From Candidatus Zipacnadia bacterium (GTDB lineage: Bacteria; Armatimonadota; Zipacnadia; JALGUG01), in assembly GCA_029820995.1 (NCBI GenBank), contig JALGUG010000001.1, positions 36 through 64,035 on the forward strand: a DNA stretch of 64,000 bases. Reading direction: 5' to 3'. Positions 47,475 to 55,465 of this stretch are shown here, piece after piece. The position numbers were made by a program, and so were the translations under genes. A model generated the notes under the pieces. That model saw only the letters and a program-made list of their open reading frames with translations, made no database searches and was not told the origin of the DNA. The stretch's first letter is position 1; each line of letters opens with the position of its first letter.

Positions 47475-47573
47475 TGGCGGGGGCGTGTGGGAATCGAACC
47501 CACCCCGGACGACTCTCGCCGGCCCGGCACTGGGTTTGAAGCCCAGGGAACCCACCAGGACCCATCCGCCCCC
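47475..47573 (-). tRNA. selC: tRNA-Sec (anticodon UCA), CCA encoded
   Basis: The minus-strand sequence is GGGGGCGGATGGGTCCTGGTGGGTTCCCTGGGCTTCAAACCCAGTGCCGGGCCGGCGAGAGTCGTCCGGGGTGGGTTCGATTCCCACACGCCCCCGCCA. The anticodon stem CTGGG/CCCAG carries the loop CTTCAAA. It has a long variable arm, a T-arm GTGGG-TTCGATT-CCCAC, and an extended acceptor stem. Confidence 0.85.
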
Positions 47574-47639
47574 AGTGTCGTGGCCTTCGCCGGGAGACCG
47601 GCGGAACCTGCTTGCGCGGGTCGAGGCGGGGAGCCGCTC

Positions 47640-48683
47640 TCAAGCCAACACAGCCAACGTCCCCGGGTCGCCCTCGGTGACACGACCCACGATTTCGGCC
47701 ACCTCTCCCGCTGCTCGCTGCCGTTCTACGAGGTCGTTCGCTCTCCCGGCTTCCACGGCCATCAGCAGCCCACCCGAGGTTTGCGGATCGCACAGGACCC
47801 TCAGGACCTCGCCGGTCACTCCCGCAGCAACTGTCGTCTTCGGCGTCACGTGCTCCTGGTTCGACACCAGGCCGGCAGGGACGATGACTTGACGGGCCAG
47901 CTCAAGCGCGGCCGGCATCATCCGCACCTTGCTCGCGTAGAATTGCAGCCGCACGCCGCTAGCCTCGGCCATCTCCAGACCATGCCCCAGCAAGCCGTAG
48001 CCGCTGATGTCCGTGCCGGCATGGATCCCGACCTCCTGGGCTACCTGAGCTGCCGTTCTATTGAGCTGCAGCATCTGCTCAATCGCCTGCGCCAGACTGC
48101 CTTCCGGCGCCACATCGGCGCGGGCCGCAGTAGTGATGATCCCGCTGCCCAACACCTTGGTCAGCACCAACCGGTCGCCGATCCGCGCCCCGGCATTGGT
48201 GACGATTTCATCCGGATGTGCTCGACCAACCACCGCCAGGCCGTACTTGGGCTCATCGTCGTCTATCGTGTGGCCGCCCGCGACGACAACGCCCGCCTCT
48301 TGCGCCTTGTCTGCGCCTCCCTGCATGATCTTCCGGAGGATCTCCAGGTCGAGCTTGCCCTGAGGGAAGCCGCAGAAGGCTAGCGCAAACAGCGGCGTGC
48401 CTCCCATGGCGTACACGTCGCTGAGCGCGTTCGCCGCGGCAATCTGACCGAAGACGTACGGATCGTCTACGATCGGCATGAAGGCGTCAATGGACGCAAT
48501 CAGCACCGTACCGTCCGATAGCCGCCACACCGCGGCGTCATCGGCCGTTGCCGCGCCGACCAGCAGGTCGGGGGAGGTCCCCAGGTTGATCTGTCGCAGA
48601 ACCTGCGCCAGCGGCTGTGCGCCGAATTTCGACGCTCAACCAGCGCAGCGCACGAGCTGCGTGAGCCGCACTTCCTCGGACAT
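47640..48683 (-). CDS. selD: Selenide, water dikinase (selenophosphate synthetase), Sec-containing form (TGA at 48636-48638 read as selenocysteine)
   Basis: The track ORF 47640..48530 extends in frame upstream through a single TGA to the ATG at 48683. That N-terminus, MSEEVRLTQLVRCAG-U-ASKFGAQPLAQVL...DLLVGAATADDAAV, aligns with E. coli SelD (RLTQ..GAGCGCK...LLVG...DDAAV). The Sec falls at the Cys17 position and the Lys three residues later. Confidence 0.85.
48590..48640 (-). promoter_or_regulatory. Candidate bacterial SECIS region immediately 3' of the selD UGA
   Basis: The mRNA reads UGA-GCGUCG-AAAUU-CGGCGC (6-bp stem, 48635-48619), then CGCAG-GUU-CUGCG (5-bp stem with a G/U-containing apical loop, 48607-48595) about 30 nt after the UGA. 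I folded these by eye only. Confidence 0.35.
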
Positions 48684-48893
48684 GGTCTCCTCGCAATTAG
48701 GGAACAGCAGCAACGAGGGCAAAACGTTGCGGCGGAGCCATTCCGCGATTCGCGCACGGAGCCCGCCGCGCTCCTGGGTCAACTGGATGCGCCCGAAGTG
48801 CTCATATGAACGCCGCAGTGCCCCTCTTGACGGAGCCGTCGCCCACCGTCCTACGCACGAGACCCACCAACGCCTTCGGGAAGACGCCAGGCA

Positions 48894-50348
48894 CTAGCTC
48901 CCCTGTGAGGGCATGGTCTTCAGTTCCGTCACGGCACGATGATAGCCCAGCTTGCGCAGCGCCATCTCCGCTGCGTGTTGTACCGGCGCGGCCGGGTCAT
49001 TCAAGCAGGCCATCAGCGCGGGCTTGGTGCTGATGTCTTCGAAGGCTGCGACCGCCTTCACGGCTTCCCAGCGCACGTCGGGGTCCGGCTCCTTTTTCTT
49101 GTCGGTGCGCTCCACCAACGGCAGCAGCGCCCGCCGGTCGCCCACCCGTCCGAGCTGCATGGCGGCAGAGCGACGGACCCAGGCATCCGGGTCCTCCAGT
49201 GCCGGAATGATCGCCTCTACGGCCTTCTCGCTCTTGATCCACCCCAACGCCTCAGCCGCGTTGGCCCGCACCGCCGGAGATTCATCTTCCCGCACCCTGC
49301 GAGCCAGGGCGGGGATTGCGCGCTCGTCCGGAAGCAGGACCAGCGCCGAACTGGCGCGACGCCGTACAGGCTCCGCAGGGTCGCTGAGAGCCTTGATCAG
49401 TGCCGGCACGGCCCGATAGTCGCCCAGGTGCCCTAAGCCTTGTGCTGCCGTCTCACGCACGCGCGCATCCGGGTCGCTATTCAGCAGTTTGATCAGTATG
49501 GGAACCGCCTTGGGATTGGCGGGACGCCGTTCCGGAGTCTGGTGGAATTGCTCCGCTTGTCCCCACAGGGCGTACTTGCGTTCCTGTCGGGTTTCGCCGG
49601 TGCAAACGGTCCACAACACGGTGGCCCCGGCCTCCCGCTGACGGGGATTCTGGCTCGTGTTCAGCATCCGGATCAGGGGCTCGATCACCTTATCGCCCGA
49701 CACGGCGAGCTGGATTGCGAACCGCGCGCTTTGGTCGTGCTCAAACTGGCCCAGCCCGGCGATGAGCCGATTGGTGTCCGTCAGGCCAATGATGCTCTCC
49801 TGGGCGACACGCTGCACCGACGGCGCCGGGTCCTTGAGTAGCTGCTTCATGCGCACCAGTGCCCGCCCGGATTCCTCAATGCAGTTGCCGAGCGCATGAG
49901 CTGCCGCGGCGCGCACGCCGGCGTCGGGATCGCGCGAGGCACGCAAGATGTCCTGGAACAACTCGTCCGCCAGAGGCGCCAAGATGCCAACGGCCGCGGC
50001 CCGCACTGTGGGATCCTTGTCCTCTCGTGCGACTTTCAGCACCAGCTTGCGGATTTCCGTTTTCTCCGGACCGTACAGCGAGGGACCCAAGCGCCCCAGA
50101 ACGTCGGCGCGCCGCGCAGGATCATCGCTCGCCAGCGCCTGTTTGGCCTTGCTGAGACCCATTACCGCGGACTCGCGCTCCTCTTCCGGCGGCTTCTCGC
50201 CCGGCTTGGCCTTTGCCTCTTCCCCCTCGTGTTCGGTCTCCGCCTTATGTTCGTGATCGTGCAACGCGGGGACCTTGATGCAGCCCGCCCCGAACAGGAC
50301 CGCGTAGGCCGCTACTGCCAGGATCGCGAGCATCGAGAGATGCTTCAT
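48894..50348 (-). CDS. HEAT-repeat (PBS-lyase-type) lipoprotein
   Basis: 484 aa. It has a lipoprotein-like signal MKHLSMLAILAVAAYAVLFGAGC and a His/Glu-rich linker (HDHEHKAETEHEGEE). HEAT-like units then repeat (D.D..VR..AA.ALG). Confidence 0.7.
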   Translation of the reverse strand: MKHLSMLAILAVAAYAVLFGAGCIKVPALHDHEHKAETEHEGEEAKAKPGEKPPEEERESAVMGLSKAKQALASDDPARRADVLGRLGPSLYGPEKTEIRKLVLKVAREDKDPTVRAAAVGILAPLADELFQDILRASRDPDAGVRAAAAHALGNCIEESGRALVRMKQLLKDPAPSVQRVAQESIIGLTDTNRLIAGLGQFEHDQSARFAIQLAVSGDKVIEPLIRMLNTSQNPRQREAGATVLWTVCTGETRQERKYALWGQAEQFHQTPERRPANPKAVPILIKLLNSDPDARVRETAAQGLGHLGDYRAVPALIKALSDPAEPVRRRASSALVLLPDERAIPALARRVREDESPAVRANAAEALGWIKSEKAVEAIIPALEDPDAWVRRSAAMQLGRVGDRRALLPLVERTDKKKEPDPDVRWEAVKAVAAFEDISTKPALMACLNDPAAPVQHAAEMALRKLGYHRAVTELKTMPSQGS

Positions 50349-50543
50349 GGCTGTTTCCTCGGTAGGGGTATTCCCCGGTCGGGGACCCGATGGGTTTGCT
50401 GTGGCACGACCCTGTCGCCGCCACAGTCTCCGGCACAGTGCCGTTACAGAATGCTCTCACCGCTTCATCGTCACAGCAGTTCTAACGCCCGCCTCCGCTC
50501 TGGCGGTTCCCGTGCGAGCGCTCAACCGGCCCGCTCATTGCGG

Positions 50544-51884
50544 CTAATCCGCCACTGTGTGCAGCACGCGGGCGGCCGTTTCCAGAACCACCACCTCGGA
50601 CTCGGGCCGGTGCATCAGTGTCCCGTAGTACTTGTACGCGGTCTCGACCTCGTAACCACCCTCCGCATATGCAGCCGCGGTCGGCAGATAGCCGATATTG
50701 CCGTTGGTATAGCCGAGCACCAGCGTGTGCTCAAAGGGCGAGGCCTGCGCAATGCTGATCGCGTACTCGATGAAGATCTCGCCGGGAAGGCCGACAATGG
50801 CCGTATCCCCCACTCGCACGGCATGGACCTCGAAGGGCACCGTCAGGTCGTGGGCCTGTTGTCGTGACAAGTCAAGCACGCGCTCAGCCCACCCAACCAG
50901 GCCCAGTTGCGTCTTCCTCATTCCCACGTTCGCCTGATCGCGGTTCGCCTCGGCGGTCTCGCGGCACTGGGCCAGCGTCGCCTCGGCCTCGTCAACTGGT
51001 GGGGGATCGAACAACGGTAGCTGGGCGACCTCCGATGCAGAGCCCAGCACCACCGCGTCGGCTTTGAGGTCTCGCCAGCTCTCCTCAGTGGCTCGGACCG
51101 TCGCCCCACCCAGCCGGAGGCCCAGCCGGCGTGCCTGCTCGAAAGTGCCCGGCTCCCGCTGGCTGTTGATATTGCCGCAGCATCCCTGAGCGAATAAGGC
51201 GGTCGGCCGCCCGTCGTCGCCCCAGGCCCGCTCGACGACCTCCTGAGCCACACCGGGGTAATCGGCAGTGACGAGCAGGTTGTCGCCCCCCAGCGTGACT
51301 GGATGCGCTGCGTGCGTGAATAGTACCGCGAGGGGCGCAGTGCCCTCGCCCTGCACCCGCAAGACATCCACGTACGGCAGCAGCACTCCACTGGGATTCC
51401 GACCAAGCCTCGTCGTGCCCTCCGGGGTCCGCTCCCGGCGATTTACGCCCACGCACACCTCCGTGCGGCCGGGCGCAACGCCGACCTGTTGCTGCTGAGC
51501 CGCCGCCATACGCACCAGCCCCACCAGCTTCCTCTTCAGCACCGCAAAGTACCCCTCATCCACCTCGCCCAGATACGGCAAGCAGGGCGTTCCCGGCCCG
51601 GAATGGGTGTGACTGCACGAGATCATCAGGTGCGCCGCGGGCAAGCCCGTTTCCGCGTGCACGTGCTCCCGGATCTCTGCGACACTAGCCGCATCGAGCC
51701 CGATCAGGTCCGCCGTCACCAGGCAGAGTCGCTGTTCGCCGTTCTCCAGCCAAAGGGCCTTCGCCCGCAGTTCATCGTGCACACCAAGGCAACCGCCGGC
51801 TCTGCCCGCAAATCCGCTGAGGTCCACCCCCACCGGCGGCGTGATGTTGATCTGGGCCACCCCGGCCCGCAATGCAGTACTCAT
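50544..51884 (-). CDS. Neutral/alkaline ceramidase-like N-terminal domain family hydrolase
   Basis: ORF 50544..52040. I preferred the ATG at 51884, with AGGAGG 10 nt upstream. MSTALRAGVAQINITPPVGVDLSGFAGR...GVHDELRAKALWLE..G.RLCLVTADLIGLD matches the family's N-terminal pattern. Confidence 0.6.
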   Translation of the reverse strand: MSTALRAGVAQINITPPVGVDLSGFAGRAGGCLGVHDELRAKALWLENGEQRLCLVTADLIGLDAASVAEIREHVHAETGLPAAHLMISCSHTHSGPGTPCLPYLGEVDEGYFAVLKRKLVGLVRMAAAQQQQVGVAPGRTEVCVGVNRRERTPEGTTRLGRNPSGVLLPYVDVLRVQGEGTAPLAVLFTHAAHPVTLGGDNLLVTADYPGVAQEVVERAWGDDGRPTALFAQGCCGNINSQREPGTFEQARRLGLRLGGATVRATEESWRDLKADAVVLGSASEVAQLPLFDPPPVDEAEATLAQCRETAEANRDQANVGMRKTQLGLVGWAERVLDLSRQQAHDLTVPFEVHAVRVGDTAIVGLPGEIFIEYAISIAQASPFEHTLVLGYTNGNIGYLPTAAAYAEGGYEVETAYKYYGTLMHRPESEVVVLETAARVLHTVAD

Positions 51885-51946
51885 CTTGGAAATACCTCCT
51901 CGCCGTACCATTGGCACACTTGCCGCCCCATGCCCCGTGACGCGCC

Positions 51947-52672
51947 CTACAGTGCGCCGCGGAGCAGCCTGGCCGGTGCTCGTTTGGTCAGTCGCTCGCC
52001 CGCGCCGCGCCCGGCAGCTCGGTCCAGCCTGCGCCGGCACATCCGCAGACGCGCCAGCTCATGCGCCTGGTGTGCATCGCTGGCCACGTAGGTTACCAAC
52101 CCGGCTCTGAGCAAATCGGTCGCGGCGCGTTGTGCGGGACGACCGTGCTCACCCAGAACACTCGCGGCGTCCATCTGCACCTCAACCCCGCGCTCCAGGT
52201 ACGGGCGCAGACGATCGGCGTCTTCTTGGACCGCCAGGTTGCGCTCGGGATGAGCTATGACCGGCGTGATGTTCTGCAATTGGACCTGAAAGAGCACTTC
52301 CCCCAGATGTGCGGGGAGGTGCTGCGGTGCCAGCTCAACGAGCACGTGCCGGCCCAGATCCCCAATGGTTGTCACCTCGCCCCGCTGTAGCTGCTCCGGC
52401 AGCTCCGGCGAGAAGCGCACTTCCGCCCCCGGCAGGAGTGCCGCCCGAATCCCGGCACTCCGGAAGGCGCGCTGCACCTCTGCCACGGCCTCACGAATGC
52501 CTTCGGGTGTCAGCAACTCGTTCCTGCTCACGCCCTGCAGCCGCCAGTGAGGCGTCGCCACCAGGCATTCGATGCCTTCCGCATCGGCGACGCGCCCGAA
52601 CTCCACGCTCTGCTCCATGGAATCCGCCCCGTCGTCCACGGAGGGCAAGATGTGGCAATGCAGATCAATCAT
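51947..52672 (-). CDS. CpsB/CapC-type PHP-domain protein-tyrosine phosphatase
   Basis: ORF 51947..52888. I preferred the ATG at 52672 (MIDLHCHILPSVDDGADSMEQS...ATPH...), the canonical family N-terminus. Confidence 0.75.
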   Translation of the reverse strand: MIDLHCHILPSVDDGADSMEQSVEFGRVADAEGIECLVATPHWRLQGVSRNELLTPEGIREAVAEVQRAFRSAGIRAALLPGAEVRFSPELPEQLQRGEVTTIGDLGRHVLVELAPQHLPAHLGEVLFQVQLQNITPVIAHPERNLAVQEDADRLRPYLERGVEVQMDAASVLGEHGRPAQRAATDLLRAGLVTYVASDAHQAHELARLRMCRRRLDRAAGRGAGERLTKRAPARLLRGAL

Positions 52673-52703
52673 GAATCTCGTTGCGGTCTTGGTCGGGCAC
52701 AGC

Positions 52704-53846
52704 TCATTTGGTCCTCCGGCGGCGAGAGCCTCGGCCCTTACGCCCCCCTGTTCTCCTCTTCGCGCCTTCGGATTCGGTGCGCCGTCGGCGCGGTGGAGGT
52801 CCCGGAGCACGCCTGACCCAATCGCAATAGGCCCGATAATGGTGCAGGTCCACATCCGGCGGGACGGCCCGTTCCAGACTCGCGACAAAACGGCCGGCAG
52901 CCGCCAGCGGCCTGATGATTCGCTCCACCTCTTGCTCGATCTCCTCGTAGGACCCCAGCAGTGATTCGGTCCGCAGACCGCCGATGATGGTCACCCGCTC
53001 GCCGAGCCGTTCCCTCATCTCGAGGCCATTCCACGCCGGCCCATTCGGCCAGGCATAGAACCCCCGAACGCCGGCCTCGAGCCACGCAGCTATTCTCCGT
53101 TCCTCCGTCGGAAGCTCCGTCAGCAGATGGGTGTCGTGCGCGGCCAGTGTGTCGGCCAGCGCCGCATATCCCGGCTGGCACAGCTTCTCCCACCACTCGA
53201 GCGCGACTGCTGCGGCCAGCTCGGAACTTGCCTCGGGCAGGAACGCCAGGTCTGCTTCACCTTTGTCGAAGAACGTTCGCAGCGTCACCTGCAAGAATAG
53301 GAAGTAGTACTCGGCAGCCTCAGTCAATCTCGCTCCGTCTGTCGCGAGGTCCTCGGCGACGTACTCCGGCTTCAGCAGCTCCTCCGCCCACCGGAGGAAA
53401 CCGGGAAGCACCAACGCCGCAGGACGATCGGGAAATCGCCTCTGGGTACCGCACGCCTCATATCGGCAGGGCGAGTAGGCATTGTAACACCGTTTGGCCA
53501 GAGCAAACTGCAGCTCGTTGCGGACGGGTGGGCCATTCGGGAATGACGTGGCCGGCGTGCGGCCAAGTCCGGCGCACGAGGCCGGCGGCCGATGCCACAC
53601 TCCGGCGCGAGCGTCATCAAACAGCGTTCGCGTGTCGGCAGTGGGCAGCGGCCCCCAATACAGTGGGACCCATTCTACGTTATCCAGTTGAAACCAGCTA
53701 TCCGGCGAGTCATCCGCGGCCAGGCCCTGGTCGCACCATGCGGCCACGGTTTCGGGCGCATACCCGTGCGCCTCCCATCGGACCGGCGGATCCACCGCCT
53801 TGCCCGCCAGCGCGGCCAACCAACGTTCCCGCGAGTTCGTCTCCAT
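52704..53846 (-). CDS. Hypothetical protein, tentatively uroporphyrinogen decarboxylase (URO-D)-like fold
   Basis: ORF 52704..53924. I preferred the ATG at 53846 (METNSRERWLAALAGK...). The resemblance to URO-D/MtaA-like proteins is only weak and pattern-level. It has a highly basic C-terminal tail. Confidence 0.35.
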   Translation of the reverse strand: METNSRERWLAALAGKAVDPPVRWEAHGYAPETVAAWCDQGLAADDSPDSWFQLDNVEWVPLYWGPLPTADTRTLFDDARAGVWHRPPASCAGLGRTPATSFPNGPPVRNELQFALAKRCYNAYSPCRYEACGTQRRFPDRPAALVLPGFLRWAEELLKPEYVAEDLATDGARLTEAAEYYFLFLQVTLRTFFDKGEADLAFLPEASSELAAAVALEWWEKLCQPGYAALADTLAAHDTHLLTELPTEERRIAAWLEAGVRGFYAWPNGPAWNGLEMRERLGERVTIIGGLRTESLLGSYEEIEQEVERIIRPLAAAGRFVASLERAVPPDVDLHHYRAYCDWVRRAPGPPPRRRRTESEGAKRRTGGRKGRGSRRRRTK

Positions 53847-53968
53847 CTTCTGGCCGGTTTGATTCGCCGCCCCGCAACCTAATCCTCCCTCAGTCGAAAA
53901 GCGGCGGCCTGCGGAAGCCTCCACAGGCCGCTCGATCCTCTCTGACTCTGATCCCCGACCGCTCAGCG

Positions 53969-55459
53969 TCAGGTTTTCTTCTCGGTGCTCTTGGGCGTCT
54001 CGCCAGGCTTCTTTTCCTCTGACTGGCCCTCAGTTCCCTTGGTCTCTTCCTTCTTTGGTTCCGGCGTCTTGGCGATATCCGAGAGCACTGTCGGCAGCTT
54101 CTTCACCGCGAACTCGCGAATGGTGTATACCGACGGACTATCCGCCGTCTTCACGTATACGTCGGTACCGCGAGGCTTGCCGATGTAGAGTACCTTGTCC
54201 TTGCCCTTGGACATCACCAGCCGCACCTCGCCCCGCGGCTTGTCCAGTCCATATCGGGCCAGGTTCTTGGGCGCGTCCTCGACGAAGTCCTCCGCCCGCA
54301 GATCCTCGAAGGCCCATAGCAGGCTGTCCATCTTGCCCTGATCCACCTTCGCGGGCTTGGGATCAATGACTTGCCACTCATCGTCACTCGTCCGCGCGAG
54401 TGTGAAGTTGTTCCCCGCCGGTCGCTTCACGATGAACTTCTCAATGAAGTCGGTGTCCACATCCCAGATCGTGCGGTCCCGCAGTTGTTTGAGTCCCTGC
54501 TGCACCTCGTCCAGCTTGGTCACAGGTACACACAGGATCTCGTCGCGTCCCACACGCTTGGCGTATGCGACCATCTCGTCCTCGGCGCCGCCGGCGGCGG
54601 CCTTGCCCAGTGCCACGCTCTTCTTGGCTTGAGCCCCAAATTGAAGCGTGATCGGGGCCCGCTTGGCCTTCTTCTTGAACGACAGTGTGACGGTCGTCGC
54701 CGGCTTGTCCAGGCCGAAATCCTTCAGAGACTTGTTCTTACTCTCCACGAACCCTTCGGTCTTGAGGTCCCTCACGGCACCGATCATCGAGTCCACCTGG
54801 AAGTCGTCAGCACCGGTGAGTATTGGCATTTTGATGTTCCAGGTCTCGATCTCCGGTTCGTTTTCCTTGGGCTCGCGAACACAGACGATATGGGTCTTGC
54901 CGTACTTCAACTCCACTCGCTGCACGTCATCCTTCTCAAACCGGGCCAGCTTCTTGTCCCGCAGGTGCTCCGGGTCTTTCTCGAAGTCGGTCTTGACGTA
55001 TGAGCTGACGGTGCACAGCTTCCCGCCGACCAGACACCACCGCTCGCCCCCGGCGGGCGTCTCGTCGCCGATCTTGATGTCCGCCAATTGCTTGCCTTTC
55101 TTGCTCCAGGCCTGCACGGCAACCGTCGGCTTATCGAGGCCGCGCTCCGAGGCTTTGGTGTCCTTCTCGTCCCGGTAGTCACTCCGGAGCTTCAGGCCGG
55201 CAATGGATTCGGCGATACGATCCACGTCTTCGGCCGTGGCCAGAGCGCGGATTGGCTGAGCGATGTACCACTCGTCGCTGCGACGCTCGAGCTGCAGGAG
55301 CTTCTCGTCGGGGCGCTGGATCTGTATCTTGGCGATCCGGTTGGCGGGGAAGCGGAACAGCGCCGATTCCTCCGGCTTCTTGCCCAATTTGATCTTGGCG
55401 ACCGCTAGAACAGCGATCACCAGCAAGAGCACAATATAGGTTTTCGCTTGCTTGCTCAC
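53969..55459 (-). CDS. DUF4340 domain protein (accessory to the GldG-type ABC system)
   Basis: 496 aa with an N-terminal TM anchor (YIVLLLVIAVLAVA), repeated beta-rich modules and a Lys/Glu-rich tail. It lies directly downstream of the gldG-like gene (6-nt gap). Confidence 0.7.
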   Translation of the reverse strand: MSKQAKTYIVLLLVIAVLAVAKIKLGKKPEESALFRFPANRIAKIQIQRPDEKLLQLERRSDEWYIAQPIRALATAEDVDRIAESIAGLKLRSDYRDEKDTKASERGLDKPTVAVQAWSKKGKQLADIKIGDETPAGGERWCLVGGKLCTVSSYVKTDFEKDPEHLRDKKLARFEKDDVQRVELKYGKTHIVCVREPKENEPEIETWNIKMPILTGADDFQVDSMIGAVRDLKTEGFVESKNKSLKDFGLDKPATTVTLSFKKKAKRAPITLQFGAQAKKSVALGKAAAGGAEDEMVAYAKRVGRDEILCVPVTKLDEVQQGLKQLRDRTIWDVDTDFIEKFIVKRPAGNNFTLARTSDDEWQVIDPKPAKVDQGKMDSLLWAFEDLRAEDFVEDAPKNLARYGLDKPRGEVRLVMSKGKDKVLYIGKPRGTDVYVKTADSPSVYTIREFAVKKLPTVLSDIAKTPEPKKEETKGTEGQSEEKKPGETPKSTEKKT

Positions 55460-55465
55460 CGGAAA

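Noticed and set aside
47640-48683. Possibility that this SelD homologue is a SenC-type enzyme of a selenoneine or selenosugar pathway, or an orphan SelD of a non-Sec selenium trait.
   Set aside because: No EgtB-like (senA) or glycosyltransferase (senB) neighbours are present. tRNA-Sec is adjacent and selB is in the window, so the ordinary Sec-decoding trait explains it.
48500-48757. An 85-aa ORF on the minus strand that overlaps the selD 5' region.
   Set aside because: It is out of frame with selD and its composition is Cys/Arg-rich nonsense. The region is better explained by the Sec-containing selD N-terminus, which aligns to the SelD family.
52704-52800. Highly basic Arg/Lys-rich C-terminal tails on unrelated proteins: the URO-D-like protein (..RRRRTESEGAKRRTGGRKGRGSRRRRTK), the membrane/TPR protein at 33911-33990 (..RRRKRSTPGRKRRRSR) and the AAA ATPase at 20148-20280.
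   Set aside because: These are most simply explained by late stop codons in a high-GC genome, which give CGN-rich read-on. I have no evidence that they form a shared functional motif. They are worth a glance only if conserved in orthologues.
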